Assembly (NCBI GenBank): GCA_963744995.1
Contig: CAVUWA010000002.1
Location: 1,024,001 to 1,088,000, forward strand
Direction of reading: 5' to 3'
DNA from: Candidatus Eiseniibacteriota bacterium
GTDB lineage: Bacteria > Eisenbacteria > RBG-16-71-46
DNA length: 64,000 nucleotides
Both the position numbers and the translations under genes were made by a program. Of this stretch, positions 10,055 to 20,732 are shown in pieces (position 1 is the stretch's first letter; every line of letters begins with the position of its first letter). The notes beneath the pieces were generated by a model. The model was given only the letters and a program-made list of their open reading frames with translations. It was not told the DNA's origin and searched no databases.

Positions 10055-11353
10055 ATGAACCGATCGGTACGTGATACGGGCACCTGGACGAAGACGATCG
10101 ACATCGAGATCCCGGCGGACGAGGTCGAGCGACGGCTCGACGACGTCGCTCGCGACATCCAGCGCCGGGCGAGCCTGCCCGGCTTCCGCAAGGGCCGCGT
10201 GCCGCTCGACATGGTGCGCCAGCAGTTCGCGCACACGGTGGAGCAGCAGTTCCTCGAGTCGTTCGTGCCGAAGTTCACCACCGAAGCCGTGGACGAGGCC
10301 AAGCTCGCCCCGGTCGTGCCACCGCTGGTGCGCAACCTGAAGTTCGTGCCCGGACAGCCGCTCACCTTCGAGGCGCAGGTCGAGGTTCGCCCGGAAGTCC
10401 AGGCGAAGGACTACCGGAAGCTGCCTGGCGTCCGGCGCACCCGGCCGATCACCGACACCGACCTCGAGAAGGTGCTGGACGGCCTGCGCGAGGAGTCGGC
10501 GGTGTTCGCCGATCTCGATCGTCCGGCGGGCCGCGGGGACGTCGTTCTGCTCGATTCGCAGCGGATCGACGCGAACGGCCGGCGCCTGGCCGGAACCCGC
10601 CTGAAGAGCCGCCGCATCCAACTGGGCGCCCCGGAAATGCTGCCGGAGCTCGAAAACGCCCTGCTGGGGGCCGAACCCGGCCAGGAGCGCACATTCGAGA
10701 TGAACTACCCCGCGGACTACGAAAACAAGGAGCTTGCGGGGCAGCGCATCCGCTATGTGGTGAAAATCCGGAAAATCCAGGAAAAGAAGCTGCGCGAACT
10801 GGACGATAACTTCGCCCGGGAGGTCTTCCATCTCGAATCGCTGGAAGAACTTCGATCGCGGGTCCGCGCCAACCTCGAGGACGAGGAACAGACGCGGATT
10901 CGTCGTGAGATCGAGACCTCGGTGTCGGAAGCGCTGATCGAACGCAATCCCATGGATCTGCCGGACCGGCTGATCCAGTGGACGCTCGACCGGGTGATCC
11001 ACGAGGCCACCGGCCACCGTGAGGTGCCGGAGTCGCTGCACAAGGACCTCGCGGAGCGGTATCGTCCCGGGGTGGAGCGGTCGCTCAAGCGTGAAGTGCT
11101 GCTGGCGGCGATTGCCCGCCAGGAGAATCTTGAAGTCGGTGACGAAGAGGTCGCATCGGAGATCGATCGGATGGCCCGGGCCGAGCCGCGTCAGGCGGCC
11201 CGCACCCGGGCGCGGTACCAGTCCGCCGAGGCGCGGCAGGGGCTCAAGGAGTCGCTGCTCGAACGCAAGGCGCTCGACTGGCTGATCGAGCAGGCCGAGG
11301 TGCGGGAAGAGGTGATTCAGCCGTCCCAGCTGGTCGTTCCGGCCGGGGGCTGA
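10055..11353 (+). CDS. tig: Trigger factor
   Basis: Ribosome-binding motif PGFRKGRVP, FKBP-like middle domain, tig-clpP-clpX-lon synteny. Confidence 0.93.
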   Translation: MNRSVRDTGTWTKTIDIEIPADEVERRLDDVARDIQRRASLPGFRKGRVPLDMVRQQFAHTVEQQFLESFVPKFTTEAVDEAKLAPVVPPLVRNLKFVPGQPLTFEAQVEVRPEVQAKDYRKLPGVRRTRPITDTDLEKVLDGLREESAVFADLDRPAGRGDVVLLDSQRIDANGRRLAGTRLKSRRIQLGAPEMLPELENALLGAEPGQERTFEMNYPADYENKELAGQRIRYVVKIRKIQEKKLRELDDNFAREVFHLESLEELRSRVRANLEDEEQTRIRREIETSVSEALIERNPMDLPDRLIQWTLDRVIHEATGHREVPESLHKDLAERYRPGVERSLKREVLLAAIARQENLEVGDEEVASEIDRMARAEPRQAARTRARYQSAEARQGLKESLLERKALDWLIEQAEVREEVIQPSQLVVPAGG

Positions 11354-11371
11354 TCAGGGAGGAGAACACGC

Positions 11372-11956
11372 ATGGGGCTGGTGCCCATCGTTGTGGAGCA
11401 GACGGGACGTGGTGAGCGTGCGTACGACATCTTCTCGCGCCTGCTCAAGGATCGCATCATCTTCATCGGGACGCCGATCGACGACCAGGTCGCCAATCTG
11501 GTCATCGCACAGATGATCTTCCTCGAAGGGGAGGATCCGGACCGCGACATCAACCTGTACATTCACAGCCCGGGCGGCGTGGTCAGCGCCGGGCTTGCGA
11601 TCTATGACACGATGCAGTTCGTGAAGCCCGACGTGGCGACGCTGTGCATGGGCCAGGCGGCCAGCATGGCGGCCGTGCTCATGGCGGGCGGCGCGAACGG
11701 CAAGCGATCGGCCCTGCCGAATTCGCGTATCATGATCCATCAGCCGCTGGGCGGGACCCAGGGGCAGGTGACCGACATCGAGATCTACACCAAGGAAATC
11801 ATGAAGACGAAGCAGCGCCTGAACGCGATTCTGGCGAAGCATACAGGGCGTACACTGGACGAACTCGAGAAGGACACGGACCGGGATCATTTCATGTCGG
11901 CCGACGAAGCCAAGGGCTACGGCCTCATCGACGAGATCCTCGAAAAGCGGCCCTGA
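11372..11956 (+). CDS. clpP: ATP-dependent Clp protease proteolytic subunit
   Basis: [45 protein letters not shown]. Confidence 0.98.
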   Translation: MGLVPIVVEQTGRGERAYDIFSRLLKDRIIFIGTPIDDQVANLVIAQMIFLEGEDPDRDINLYIHSPGGVVSAGLAIYDTMQFVKPDVATLCMGQAASMAAVLMAGGANGKRSALPNSRIMIHQPLGGTQGQVTDIEIYTKEIMKTKQRLNAILAKHTGRTLDELEKDTDRDHFMSADEAKGYGLIDEILEKRP

Positions 11957-11996
11957 GCGGCCCGCCGCCTTTTCCACCCGCGACGACGGAAGGACC

Positions 11997-13256
<1,260 letters not shown>

Positions 13257-13446
13257 AGCCGCGGCGGATGGCGCCGGCGTGCCCGCGAGCGGGTCCGGCG
13301 CCGTCTCCTGCGGCCCAGGCCGCCAGCAGCAAACGCCCGCGGGCGCGGCGCACCGGTAGAGGGTCCGGGCGCGGCGCCCGGCGGCTCGTTCTGCCCAGTG
13401 TTCGGTCCGTCGCCGCGATACCGTCTGGAACCCTCCGGAGAACCAC

Positions 13447-15924
13447 GTGCCCGCCTCTCCCAAACGCCGCACCCGCAGGAAAGACGAGACCGCGCCGGTC
13501 CCCGCACGGCGCAGCCAGAAGCTGATCGTCACCCGCGGCGACGAAACCTTCGAATTTCAGGACCGCCTGCCGCTGCTGCCGCTGCGCGACGTGGTGGTCT
13601 TCCCGTACATGACGATTCCGCTGCTCGTGGGCCGGTTGCCCTCGATCAACGCGATCGAGAAGGCGGTCGCGCGAGACCGCATGCTGTTCGTCACCGCGCA
13701 GAAGCGCAGCGAGGTCGCCGACCCGTCGCACGACGAGCTGTATCGCGTCGGCACGGTGGTGCGCGTGCTGCAGCTGTTCCGCCTGCCCGACGGCACGATG
13801 CGCGTGCTGGTCGAGGGCATCAGCCGCTGCCGTGTCGAGCGGTTCTTCTGGTCGACCGACTACTACATGGTCAAGGTCGGCGTGATGCCGGACTCGATAG
13901 GGCCGAGCACCGAGTCCGAGGCGCTCATGCGCCACGTGCTCGCGCTGTTCAACGACTACGTGCACCTGAATCGCCGCATCCCGGACGAGGTGCTGGTCAC
14001 CGCGAACAACATCACCGACCCGTCGTCGCTCGCGCATACGGTCGCGGCGCATCTGCTGGTCAAGGTGCCGCAGAAGCAGCAGCTGCTCGAAGTGCCCGAC
14101 GCGGTGGAGCAGTTGCGGCTGCTCGGCGAGACCCTGGCCGGCGAGCTCGAGATCGTGAAGCTCGAGCGCAAGATCGAAGGCCAGGTCCGTTCGCAGGTGC
14201 ACCGGAACCAGAAGGAGTTCTATCTCAACGAGCAGCTGAAGGCGATCAAGAAGGAGCTTGGACACCAGAACGAGTTCTCGAACGAACTCGAGGAAATGGC
14301 CGAGGCGATCCGCAAGGCGAAGATGCCGAAGGAAGTCGCCACGCGCGCCGAGAAGGAGCTCGACCGGCTCGCGAGGATGAGCTTCATGTCGCCCGAGGCG
14401 ACGGTCGTGCGCAACTACCTCGACTGGCTGGTGTCGCTGCCGTGGGCGCGCTCGACCAAGGACAAGGACTCGATCGAGGACGTCGAACGGATCCTCGACG
14501 AGGATCACTTCGGCCTGCGCAAGGTGAAGGAGCGCATCGTCGAGTACCTCGCGGTCCTCAAGCTCACGAAGAAGATCCGCGGCCCGATTCTGTGCTTCGT
14601 CGGCCCGCCCGGCGTCGGCAAGACCTCGCTCGGCCGCTCGATCGCGCGTGCGCTGGGCCGCCGCTTCGTGCGCGTCGCCCTGGGCGGCGTGCGTGACGAG
14701 GCGGAGATCCGCGGTCACCGCCGCACCTACATCGGCTCGCTGCCGGGGCGTGTGGTTCAGAGCATGCGCCGCGCCGGCAGCCGCAATCCGGTATTCCTGC
14801 TCGACGAGGTGGACAAGCTCGGCAGCGACTTCCGCGGCGACCCCGCGGCGGCGTTGCTCGAGGTGCTGGACCCCGAGCAGAACCACACCTTCAACGACCA
14901 CTATCTGGAGGTCGATTTCGACCTCTCGAAGGTCATGTTCATCTGCACGGCGAACTCGCTGTACAACATTCCGCCGGCGCTCGCCGACCGCATGGAGATC
15001 ATCCGCCTGCCGGGCTACCTGGAAGGGGAGAAGATCCAGATCGCGCGGCGCTTCCTGCTGCCGAAGCAGATCAAGGCGGCGGGGCTCGCCGAGGGCGACA
15101 TCAAGATCGGCGTCCCGGCGTTGCAGGCGCTGGTGCAGCGCTACACCCGCGAGTCCGGCGTGCGCAGCCTCGAGCGCGAAATCGCCGGGCTGTGCCGCAA
15201 GGTCGCGAAGCGCAAGGCGGCCGGACAGCTGAAGCGCGGCGCCGTGATCACCCCGGCCGGTCTGCACAAGTACCTCGGCCCGCCGCGCTTCCTCGACACC
15301 GTCGTCGAGCGCATCGCGCGCATCGGCGTCGCCAACGGTCTCGCGTGGACGGAGACCGGCGGCGACCTGCTGACGATCGAGGTCAGCATCCTGCCCGGCA
15401 AGGGCGAGCTGCTGCTCACCGGCAAGCTCGGCGAAGTGATGCGCGAATCCGGCCAGGCCGCGCTCTCGTACATCCGCCAGCGCGCCGAGAAGCTGGGGCT
15501 CGACAAGTGGTTCTACCGCGACATCGACATCCACGTGCACGTGCCGGAGGGCGCGATGCCGAAGGACGGCCCTTCGGCGGGAATCACCATGGCTACGGCG
15601 ATGGTGAGTGCGCTCACCGGCGTGCCGACGCGGGCGGATACGGCGATGACCGGCGAGATCACGTTGCGCGGCACCGTGATGCCGATCGGCGGCCTCAACG
15701 AGAAGACCGTGGCGGCGCGCCGGGCGGGCCTGACGACCGTGATCGTGCCGCGCGGCAACGAGAAGGATCTGGCGGAACTGCCGCAGGAGGTGCGCCAGTC
15801 GCTCAAGATCATCCCGGTCGACAACATGGATCAGGTGCTGGAACATGCACTCGATCGGGCCACACCCCGCCCCGGCGCGCGGGAGGGCGGCGACGAGGAC
15901 CAGGCCGCGCACTATGCCCACTAG
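13447..15924 (+). CDS. lon: Lon protease
   Basis: LPLRDVVVFP, GPPGVGKTS, GHRRTYIG, PKDGPSAG catalytic Ser, AMTGEITLRG. Confidence 0.98.
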   Translation: MPASPKRRTRRKDETAPVPARRSQKLIVTRGDETFEFQDRLPLLPLRDVVVFPYMTIPLLVGRLPSINAIEKAVARDRMLFVTAQKRSEVADPSHDELYRVGTVVRVLQLFRLPDGTMRVLVEGISRCRVERFFWSTDYYMVKVGVMPDSIGPSTESEALMRHVLALFNDYVHLNRRIPDEVLVTANNITDPSSLAHTVAAHLLVKVPQKQQLLEVPDAVEQLRLLGETLAGELEIVKLERKIEGQVRSQVHRNQKEFYLNEQLKAIKKELGHQNEFSNELEEMAEAIRKAKMPKEVATRAEKELDRLARMSFMSPEATVVRNYLDWLVSLPWARSTKDKDSIEDVERILDEDHFGLRKVKERIVEYLAVLKLTKKIRGPILCFVGPPGVGKTSLGRSIARALGRRFVRVALGGVRDEAEIRGHRRTYIGSLPGRVVQSMRRAGSRNPVFLLDEVDKLGSDFRGDPAAALLEVLDPEQNHTFNDHYLEVDFDLSKVMFICTANSLYNIPPALADRMEIIRLPGYLEGEKIQIARRFLLPKQIKAAGLAEGDIKIGVPALQALVQRYTRESGVRSLEREIAGLCRKVAKRKAAGQLKRGAVITPAGLHKYLGPPRFLDTVVERIARIGVANGLAWTETGGDLLTIEVSILPGKGELLLTGKLGEVMRESGQAALSYIRQRAEKLGLDKWFYRDIDIHVHVPEGAMPKDGPSAGITMATAMVSALTGVPTRADTAMTGEITLRGTVMPIGGLNEKTVAARRAGLTTVIVPRGNEKDLAELPQEVRQSLKIIPVDNMDQVLEHALDRATPRPGAREGGDEDQAAHYAH

Positions 15925-16070
15925 GCAGGCTGCGTTCGTTGAACCGGAACGAAGACGGCGGGAAAACGGAGGCGCGACGTGTCCGCGGGACGCGACGCCG
16001 CGAACCGTGACCGTTCGGCACTCGTGACGGAGCTCAGCGGCGCAGGCTGCATGCGAGGAGTCCAGTTTCC

Positions 16071-17240
16071 ATGTCCGTCACGACGTCGGTTCCCTCCACG
16101 ATGAAGACCGCCACCCGCACCCGCCTGTTCACGCCGGGCCCCGTGGAGATTCCTTTCCGCGTCCTGCGCGCGCTCACGCAGATTCCCCCGCATCACCGCA
16201 CCGACGCCTTCCGGGAGCAGTTCAAGCGCGTGACCGAGGGCCTGCGCCAGCTGCACGGCACCAGGGGCGAGGTGTTCATCCTGGCCTCGTCCGGCACCGG
16301 CGCCATGCAGGCGACCGTGACCAACATCATGGCGCCCGGCGAAAAGGCGCTCGCGATCGTCGGCGGCAAGTTCGGCGAGCGCTGGGCGAAGCTGCTGACC
16401 GCCTTCGACGTGCCGAACGAGGTGATCGAGGTCGAGTGGGGCACGAGCCTCGATCCCGCCGACATCGCGAAGAAGCTGGAGGCCGACAAGAACATCACCA
16501 CGGTCTACACGACCTACAGCGAGACCTCGACCGGCACCCTCTACGACATCAAAGGGTTCTCCGAAGTCACCCGCAAGCACGGCCGGCGACTCGTGGTGGA
16601 CGCGATCACCGGCCTCGGCGTGCACGAGCTGCCGCAGGACGAGTGGGGGATCGACGTCGTCGTGTGCGGCTCGCAGAAGGGCCTGATGGTGCCGCCCGGC
16701 CTCGCGACGGTGAGTCTGGCGCCCTGGGCCAGGGACTACATCGAAGGGAAGAAGCTGCCGCGCTACTACTTCGACCTGCAGATGGCGCGCAAGATGGCGC
16801 CGAATGGCGAGACGCCCTTCACGCCCGCGGTGACTCTGGTGATCGCGATGGAGGAAGCGCTCAAGATGATCGAAGAGGAGGGCCTGCCGAACGTCATCGA
16901 GCGCCATCGCCGTCTCGCCAACGCGATGCGGGCCGGTGCCGAGGCCGTGGATTTCAAGCTGTTCTCGAAGAGCCCGGCCAACTCGGTGACGGCACTTTAT
17001 CCGCCCGACGGCGTCAGCGCGGCCGACGTGGTGAAGCGTCTGCGCGACATGCACGGCATGATCGTCGCAGGCGGCCAGGGCCACCTGAAGGGCAAGATCC
17101 TGCGCGTCGGCCACATGGGCGCCTACGACCTGTTCGACATCGTGTCGGTCTCGACGGCGCTGGAGGAGTGTGCGAACACCTTCGGGCATCCGGGCAGGGG
17201 CGCAGCCGGTGAGGCGCGGCGGTCATGGGACGAGGTATGA
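16071..17240 (+). CDS. Class V PLP aminotransferase (serine-pyruvate/alanine-glyoxylate type)
   Basis: LFTPGP, SSGTGAM, ETSTG, VDAI, GSQKGLMVPPG, RVGHMG. Confidence 0.92.
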   Translation: MSVTTSVPSTMKTATRTRLFTPGPVEIPFRVLRALTQIPPHHRTDAFREQFKRVTEGLRQLHGTRGEVFILASSGTGAMQATVTNIMAPGEKALAIVGGKFGERWAKLLTAFDVPNEVIEVEWGTSLDPADIAKKLEADKNITTVYTTYSETSTGTLYDIKGFSEVTRKHGRRLVVDAITGLGVHELPQDEWGIDVVVCGSQKGLMVPPGLATVSLAPWARDYIEGKKLPRYYFDLQMARKMAPNGETPFTPAVTLVIAMEEALKMIEEEGLPNVIERHRRLANAMRAGAEAVDFKLFSKSPANSVTALYPPDGVSAADVVKRLRDMHGMIVAGGQGHLKGKILRVGHMGAYDLFDIVSVSTALEECANTFGHPGRGAAGEARRSWDEV

Positions 17241-18163
17241 AGGTCCTGGTCTCCGACCCGCTCGATCCAGAAGCCGTTGAGCGCGTCCGCGCCGCCGGAC
17301 ACGAAGTCGTCGAGAAGACCGGCCTCAAAGGTCCGGAGCTCGTCGCCGCACTCGACGGCGTCCAGGGCCTGATGATCCGCGGTGCGACCAAGGTGACGGC
17401 GGAAGTCCTGCGCGGAGCGCCCTCTCTGAAAGTCGTCGTGCGCGCCGGCACCGGATTGGACAACGTGGACCGCGCCGCCGCGGCGGAATGCGGCGTCGAG
17501 GTGCGCAACACGCCTGCGGCGAACGCCGTGTCGGTCGCCGAACTCGCATTCGGCATGATGCTGGCGTTCGAGCGGCATCTCGTTCCCGCCACGCACGACA
17601 CACGCGCCGGGCGCTGGGAGAAGAAGAAGTACAAGGGCCGCGAGCTGGCAGGCCGCACGCTGGGCCTCGTCGGCTTCGGCCGCATCGGCCGGGAGACCGC
17701 GCTGCGCGCCCGGGTATTCGGGATGCAGGTCATCGCCTGCGATCCGTTGATCGAGCACTGGCCCGCCGGTTTCGAGTGGGTGAAGCGCGCCACCCTGGAA
17801 GAGATGCTGCCGACCCTGGATTATCTCTCGCTGCACGTGCCGCTCACGGATTCGACCCGCAACATGATCGGCGCGAAGGCGCTCGCGCTGATGAAGCCCG
17901 ACGCCATGCTCGTCAATTGCTCGCGTGGCGGCACCGTCGACGAAGACGCGCTCTACGAAGCGCTGAAAGCCGGCAGGCTGCGCGGCGCGGCGCTCGACGT
18001 CTTCGCGACCGAGCCACCCGGCAATCACAGGCTGTTCGAGCTCGACAACGTGATCGCGACGCCGCACATCGGGGCGTCGACCGACGCGGCACAGAATCGC
18101 GCCGGGACCGAAGCCGCGGACATTCTCAACGAAGTGCTGGCGCGGGCGGGGGCGCAGGCGTAG
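17237..18163 (+). CDS. serA: D-3-phosphoglycerate dehydrogenase-like protein (short form, no ACT domain)
   Basis: RAGTGLDNVD, GFGRIG, HVPLT, ALDVF..EP, TPHIGAST; ATGA overlap with the aminotransferase. Confidence 0.8.
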   Translation: MKVLVSDPLDPEAVERVRAAGHEVVEKTGLKGPELVAALDGVQGLMIRGATKVTAEVLRGAPSLKVVVRAGTGLDNVDRAAAAECGVEVRNTPAANAVSVAELAFGMMLAFERHLVPATHDTRAGRWEKKKYKGRELAGRTLGLVGFGRIGRETALRARVFGMQVIACDPLIEHWPAGFEWVKRATLEEMLPTLDYLSLHVPLTDSTRNMIGAKALALMKPDAMLVNCSRGGTVDEDALYEALKAGRLRGAALDVFATEPPGNHRLFELDNVIATPHIGASTDAAQNRAGTEAADILNEVLARAGAQA

Positions 18164-18225
18164 CGAAGCAGGGACCGGGCGGACGCGATGGAGCGCCAGC
18201 TCCATCGGGAACACGGGGGCCACAT

Positions 18226-19155
18226 TTGCGCCGCGTATCGTTCCGCAGGCGATTGCTGGTTGCGGCGATCGCCAGCGTGTTTCCGCTGAGTCTCCCGATA
18301 TCGGCCTCGCCCGCTACGGATGACCGAGAGAGCCTCGTCGAGCTACTGGCCAGCCACCCTCTCGTCGTCGTCGGGCGGCTCGTACACGTCGCCCCCTCCA
18401 GGATGTGGCCCGTTGGCGATGGTTGTGGCATCAGCGGGCTCATGCCCGTTCGTGTAACCCCTCTGCAGATCCGTGTGGAAGAGGTCTTGGAGGGCGTGGC
18501 GGAAGACACGCTGATCTCCGTCGGGGCAGAAGGCGCGAAGCGCAGGTTCCCGCCAGGTCGCCTGGTTCCAGGCGCTCGAGTGATGTTCTACGGATTTCGC
18601 ACGTGCGAGGACTCCTGGCGCACCTATGGTGATGTGGTGCTGATAGGGCCGGACGACGCCATCCAGTCAGGCAACGACGACCGGGACATCTTCCGACCGA
18701 ATGGGCCAGAGTCGCATGCGTATCTCTACGCGCTTCGCGTCGACCTGGAAGCGTTAAATCGCCAGACCGGAACCTGGCCCTTTAGAGATGTCGAAGCCAT
18801 CGCGCTCGTCCGGGTCGACTCGAGGGAGACGACAGGCAGGACCCTGTCTCTCACGTGCGACAGCCTGTCATGGGCGTTGGGGCAAGCCTCCAGAGTGCCA
18901 AGGAGGCTGGATCGAAAGGCGCCGTCGAAGCTGCGCTGCGAAACGTCCATCAGCCCGGGAGACACTCTGCTCGTGCCGGTGCCGCGCGGATTTTCCGGAG
19001 GTCCCATGGATATCGCACCCTGCCTCCGCGGCCTCAAGGTCGAGCACGGTTTCGTGCCGGAGCTGGGGGTCTATCTCCACGAGCTCGACCGGGCCTTTGT
19101 CCAGGGACCGGGCGGATTTTCGCTCCGTCGGTTCCTGAAACACCGGGCCAGGTGA
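18226..19155 (+). CDS. Hypothetical exported protein with atypical codon usage
   Basis: About 309 aa open frame with a basic-hydrophobic signal-like N-terminus (RRRLLVAAIASVFPLSLPISA); more A/T third positions than neighbours; TTG start estimated. Confidence 0.55.
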   Translation: MRRVSFRRRLLVAAIASVFPLSLPISASPATDDRESLVELLASHPLVVVGRLVHVAPSRMWPVGDGCGISGLMPVRVTPLQIRVEEVLEGVAEDTLISVGAEGAKRRFPPGRLVPGARVMFYGFRTCEDSWRTYGDVVLIGPDDAIQSGNDDRDIFRPNGPESHAYLYALRVDLEALNRQTGTWPFRDVEAIALVRVDSRETTGRTLSLTCDSLSWALGQASRVPRRLDRKAPSKLRCETSISPGDTLLVPVPRGFSGGPMDIAPCLRGLKVEHGFVPELGVYLHELDRAFVQGPGGFSLRRFLKHRAR

Positions 19156-19164
19156 CCGGGGTGC

Positions 19165-20379
19165 TCATGTCGGCCAGTGAGGCGCTGCGGGTTCGGCTGC
19201 GCTCCGGCGCGCGCGCTCGCGGATCTCGTGCATGAATCCTTCGCCGAAGGCCTGCCCGGCTTCGTATTGATTGTGCGTGCGGCAGAGCAGTCTGAGATTC
19301 GCGAGCGTGGGCGCACCGCCTTTCGCGACCGGAATCACGTGATCGATTTCGAGCGCTTCGCGTGACTCGCAGCGATGGCCGGTGTCGCTCACGAACGTGC
19401 AGCGGCCGCCGTCGCGGGCCAGGACCTGGCGTTTGAGCCCGGCGGGAACATGGCGGGGATTGCGTGCGACGGGCCTGCCGGCCGGGCGGGCCTTCTGTGC
19501 CCGCGGCCGAGCCGGCGCGGCGAACTTCTGCTTTTCGAGCTTTGCGACCAACTCGCGCAGCGCGCGCCGGAAGACTTCGGTGATCTCTCCCGGAGCCACG
19601 GCGCGCCCCAGCAGCTGCTGCGCCCGGGTCAGGTCGTCGTGCATGGCCTGATCCATCGTGAACTGCACCGCGTAGCGCTCGGGGGCCAGCGGCGCGACGC
19701 GCGGCCGGGGCGTCGCAGGCGCTTCGAAAATCCGTCCCGGGACGGATTTCGCAGCCGTCGCGCCGGCCGTCACCGGGACCGGATCCTGTTGCGGCGCAAC
19801 GCACGTGCCGGCCGCTTCGCCTGGAGTTCCGGGATTCATCGGAGCAGCACTCGAGCCCCCGGACGGCAACGCAGACAGGGCCATCGAGTGCGTCGAAATC
19901 CGTCCCGGGACGGATTGGGCCGTCACGACGACCGCTCCCGGTGCGAACGGCTGCACCCGTTCCGGCACGTCGCCCTGCGGGAAGCGCTCCGCCAGGAGTT
20001 GCTCGATCTCACGTTTGGTCCGATGCGTGGCGGCGGCCAGCAACTCCCGGGCGTTCTCATGGACGAGGTGCGGGGCCAGCAGGCACACGCCGCTCAGGTG
20101 CAGCCGGCCGTCGGCGACCATCTCGAGGATCTGCGGGAAGCGCCGGGCCATGCGCACCACCCGGATGCGCTTGCCGGCCTCGTCTTCCGAGAGCCGGAGC
20201 GCACCGACGCAGTACGCGTGCATGGACGGATAACCCTCGGCTGCGTAGAGCCGGCGGCGCAGCACTTCGGCGAGGCACAGGATCAGCTCGGCCGTCGCCT
20301 CGCGCTCGCGGGCGAGGACTTCGGTGAGATGGGCGAGCAGGGCGCGGGGACTCAGATGCATCAACGAACGCACGCGCAT
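19165..20379 (-). CDS. HNH endonuclease with a DUF222-like helical N-terminal region
   Basis: C-terminal RDGGRC..C..EIDHVIP..GG..NLRLLCRTHN (HNH with Zn ligands), helical N-terminus, Pro/Ala-rich central linker. Confidence 0.88.
   Translation of the reverse strand: MRVRSLMHLSPRALLAHLTEVLAREREATAELILCLAEVLRRRLYAAEGYPSMHAYCVGALRLSEDEAGKRIRVVRMARRFPQILEMVADGRLHLSGVCLLAPHLVHENARELLAAATHRTKREIEQLLAERFPQGDVPERVQPFAPGAVVVTAQSVPGRISTHSMALSALPSGGSSAAPMNPGTPGEAAGTCVAPQQDPVPVTAGATAAKSVPGRIFEAPATPRPRVAPLAPERYAVQFTMDQAMHDDLTRAQQLLGRAVAPGEITEVFRRALRELVAKLEKQKFAAPARPRAQKARPAGRPVARNPRHVPAGLKRQVLARDGGRCTFVSDTGHRCESREALEIDHVIPVAKGGAPTLANLRLLCRTHNQYEAGQAFGEGFMHEIRERARRSAAEPAAPHWPT
19728..19749. repeat. Perfect 22-bp palindrome AAATCCGTCCCGGGACGGATTT (copy 1) inside the HNH gene
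   Basis: Read directly; self reverse-complementary; encodes KSVPGRI on the minus strand. Confidence 0.95.
19897..19916. repeat. Perfect 20-bp palindrome AATCCGTCCCGGGACGGATT (copy 2) inside the HNH gene
   Basis: Identical to the core of copy 1, 168 bp away in the same frame; encodes QSVPGRI. Confidence 0.95.
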
Positions 20380-20422
20380 CGGACTTCACTCCGCGGGGGC
20401 GGATCGCGCGGGAGCGCATGCC

Positions 20423-20431
20423 TTTCATAGC
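20423..20431 (-). promoter_or_regulatory. Possible extended -10 element of the HNH gene
   Basis: Minus strand reads TGCTATGAA about 45 bp upstream of the HNH ATG. Confidence 0.35.
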
Positions 20432-20732
20432 ACACCGGTTTTCGATGCCCGCAGATCCACGCAGCGCGCCGATCGCGGCCGGCTGTCGCACGAAATTCGC
20501 TTTGCGAAGCGCTGCGCCCGCAGCCCGCGTCCCGCGCGCGATGGCGGCCGGTTCCGAAGGCCGCATCGGACCTCGCCCGACTGCGCCCCTCGGCCCCGTC
20601 AAGAAGAAAATCACCCGGCGCGGCGGGGAATCGATGCCCCCAAATCAGAAGGCGCTGTTCGCTTCCTGGCCCCCGGACGTATGGACCTTCGAACGGGCCG
20701 CACGCGTCCGGATTCTCCTGCCGGAGTTCGTC

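Noticed and set aside
13257..13446. 190-bp clpX-lon spacer as an sRNA or small ORF
   Set aside because: Only generic GC-rich pairing potential; no RBS-supported ORF or known motif.
15925..16070. Possible glycine or ZTP riboswitch ahead of the aminotransferase-serA pair
   Set aside because: No recognisable conserved aptamer blocks; only a short GCAGGCTGC duplication.
19728..19916. Palindromic repeats as a CRISPR array
   Set aside because: Only two full copies, a 147-bp spacer, located inside a CDS, and no cas genes; kept as a separate non-CRISPR finding.
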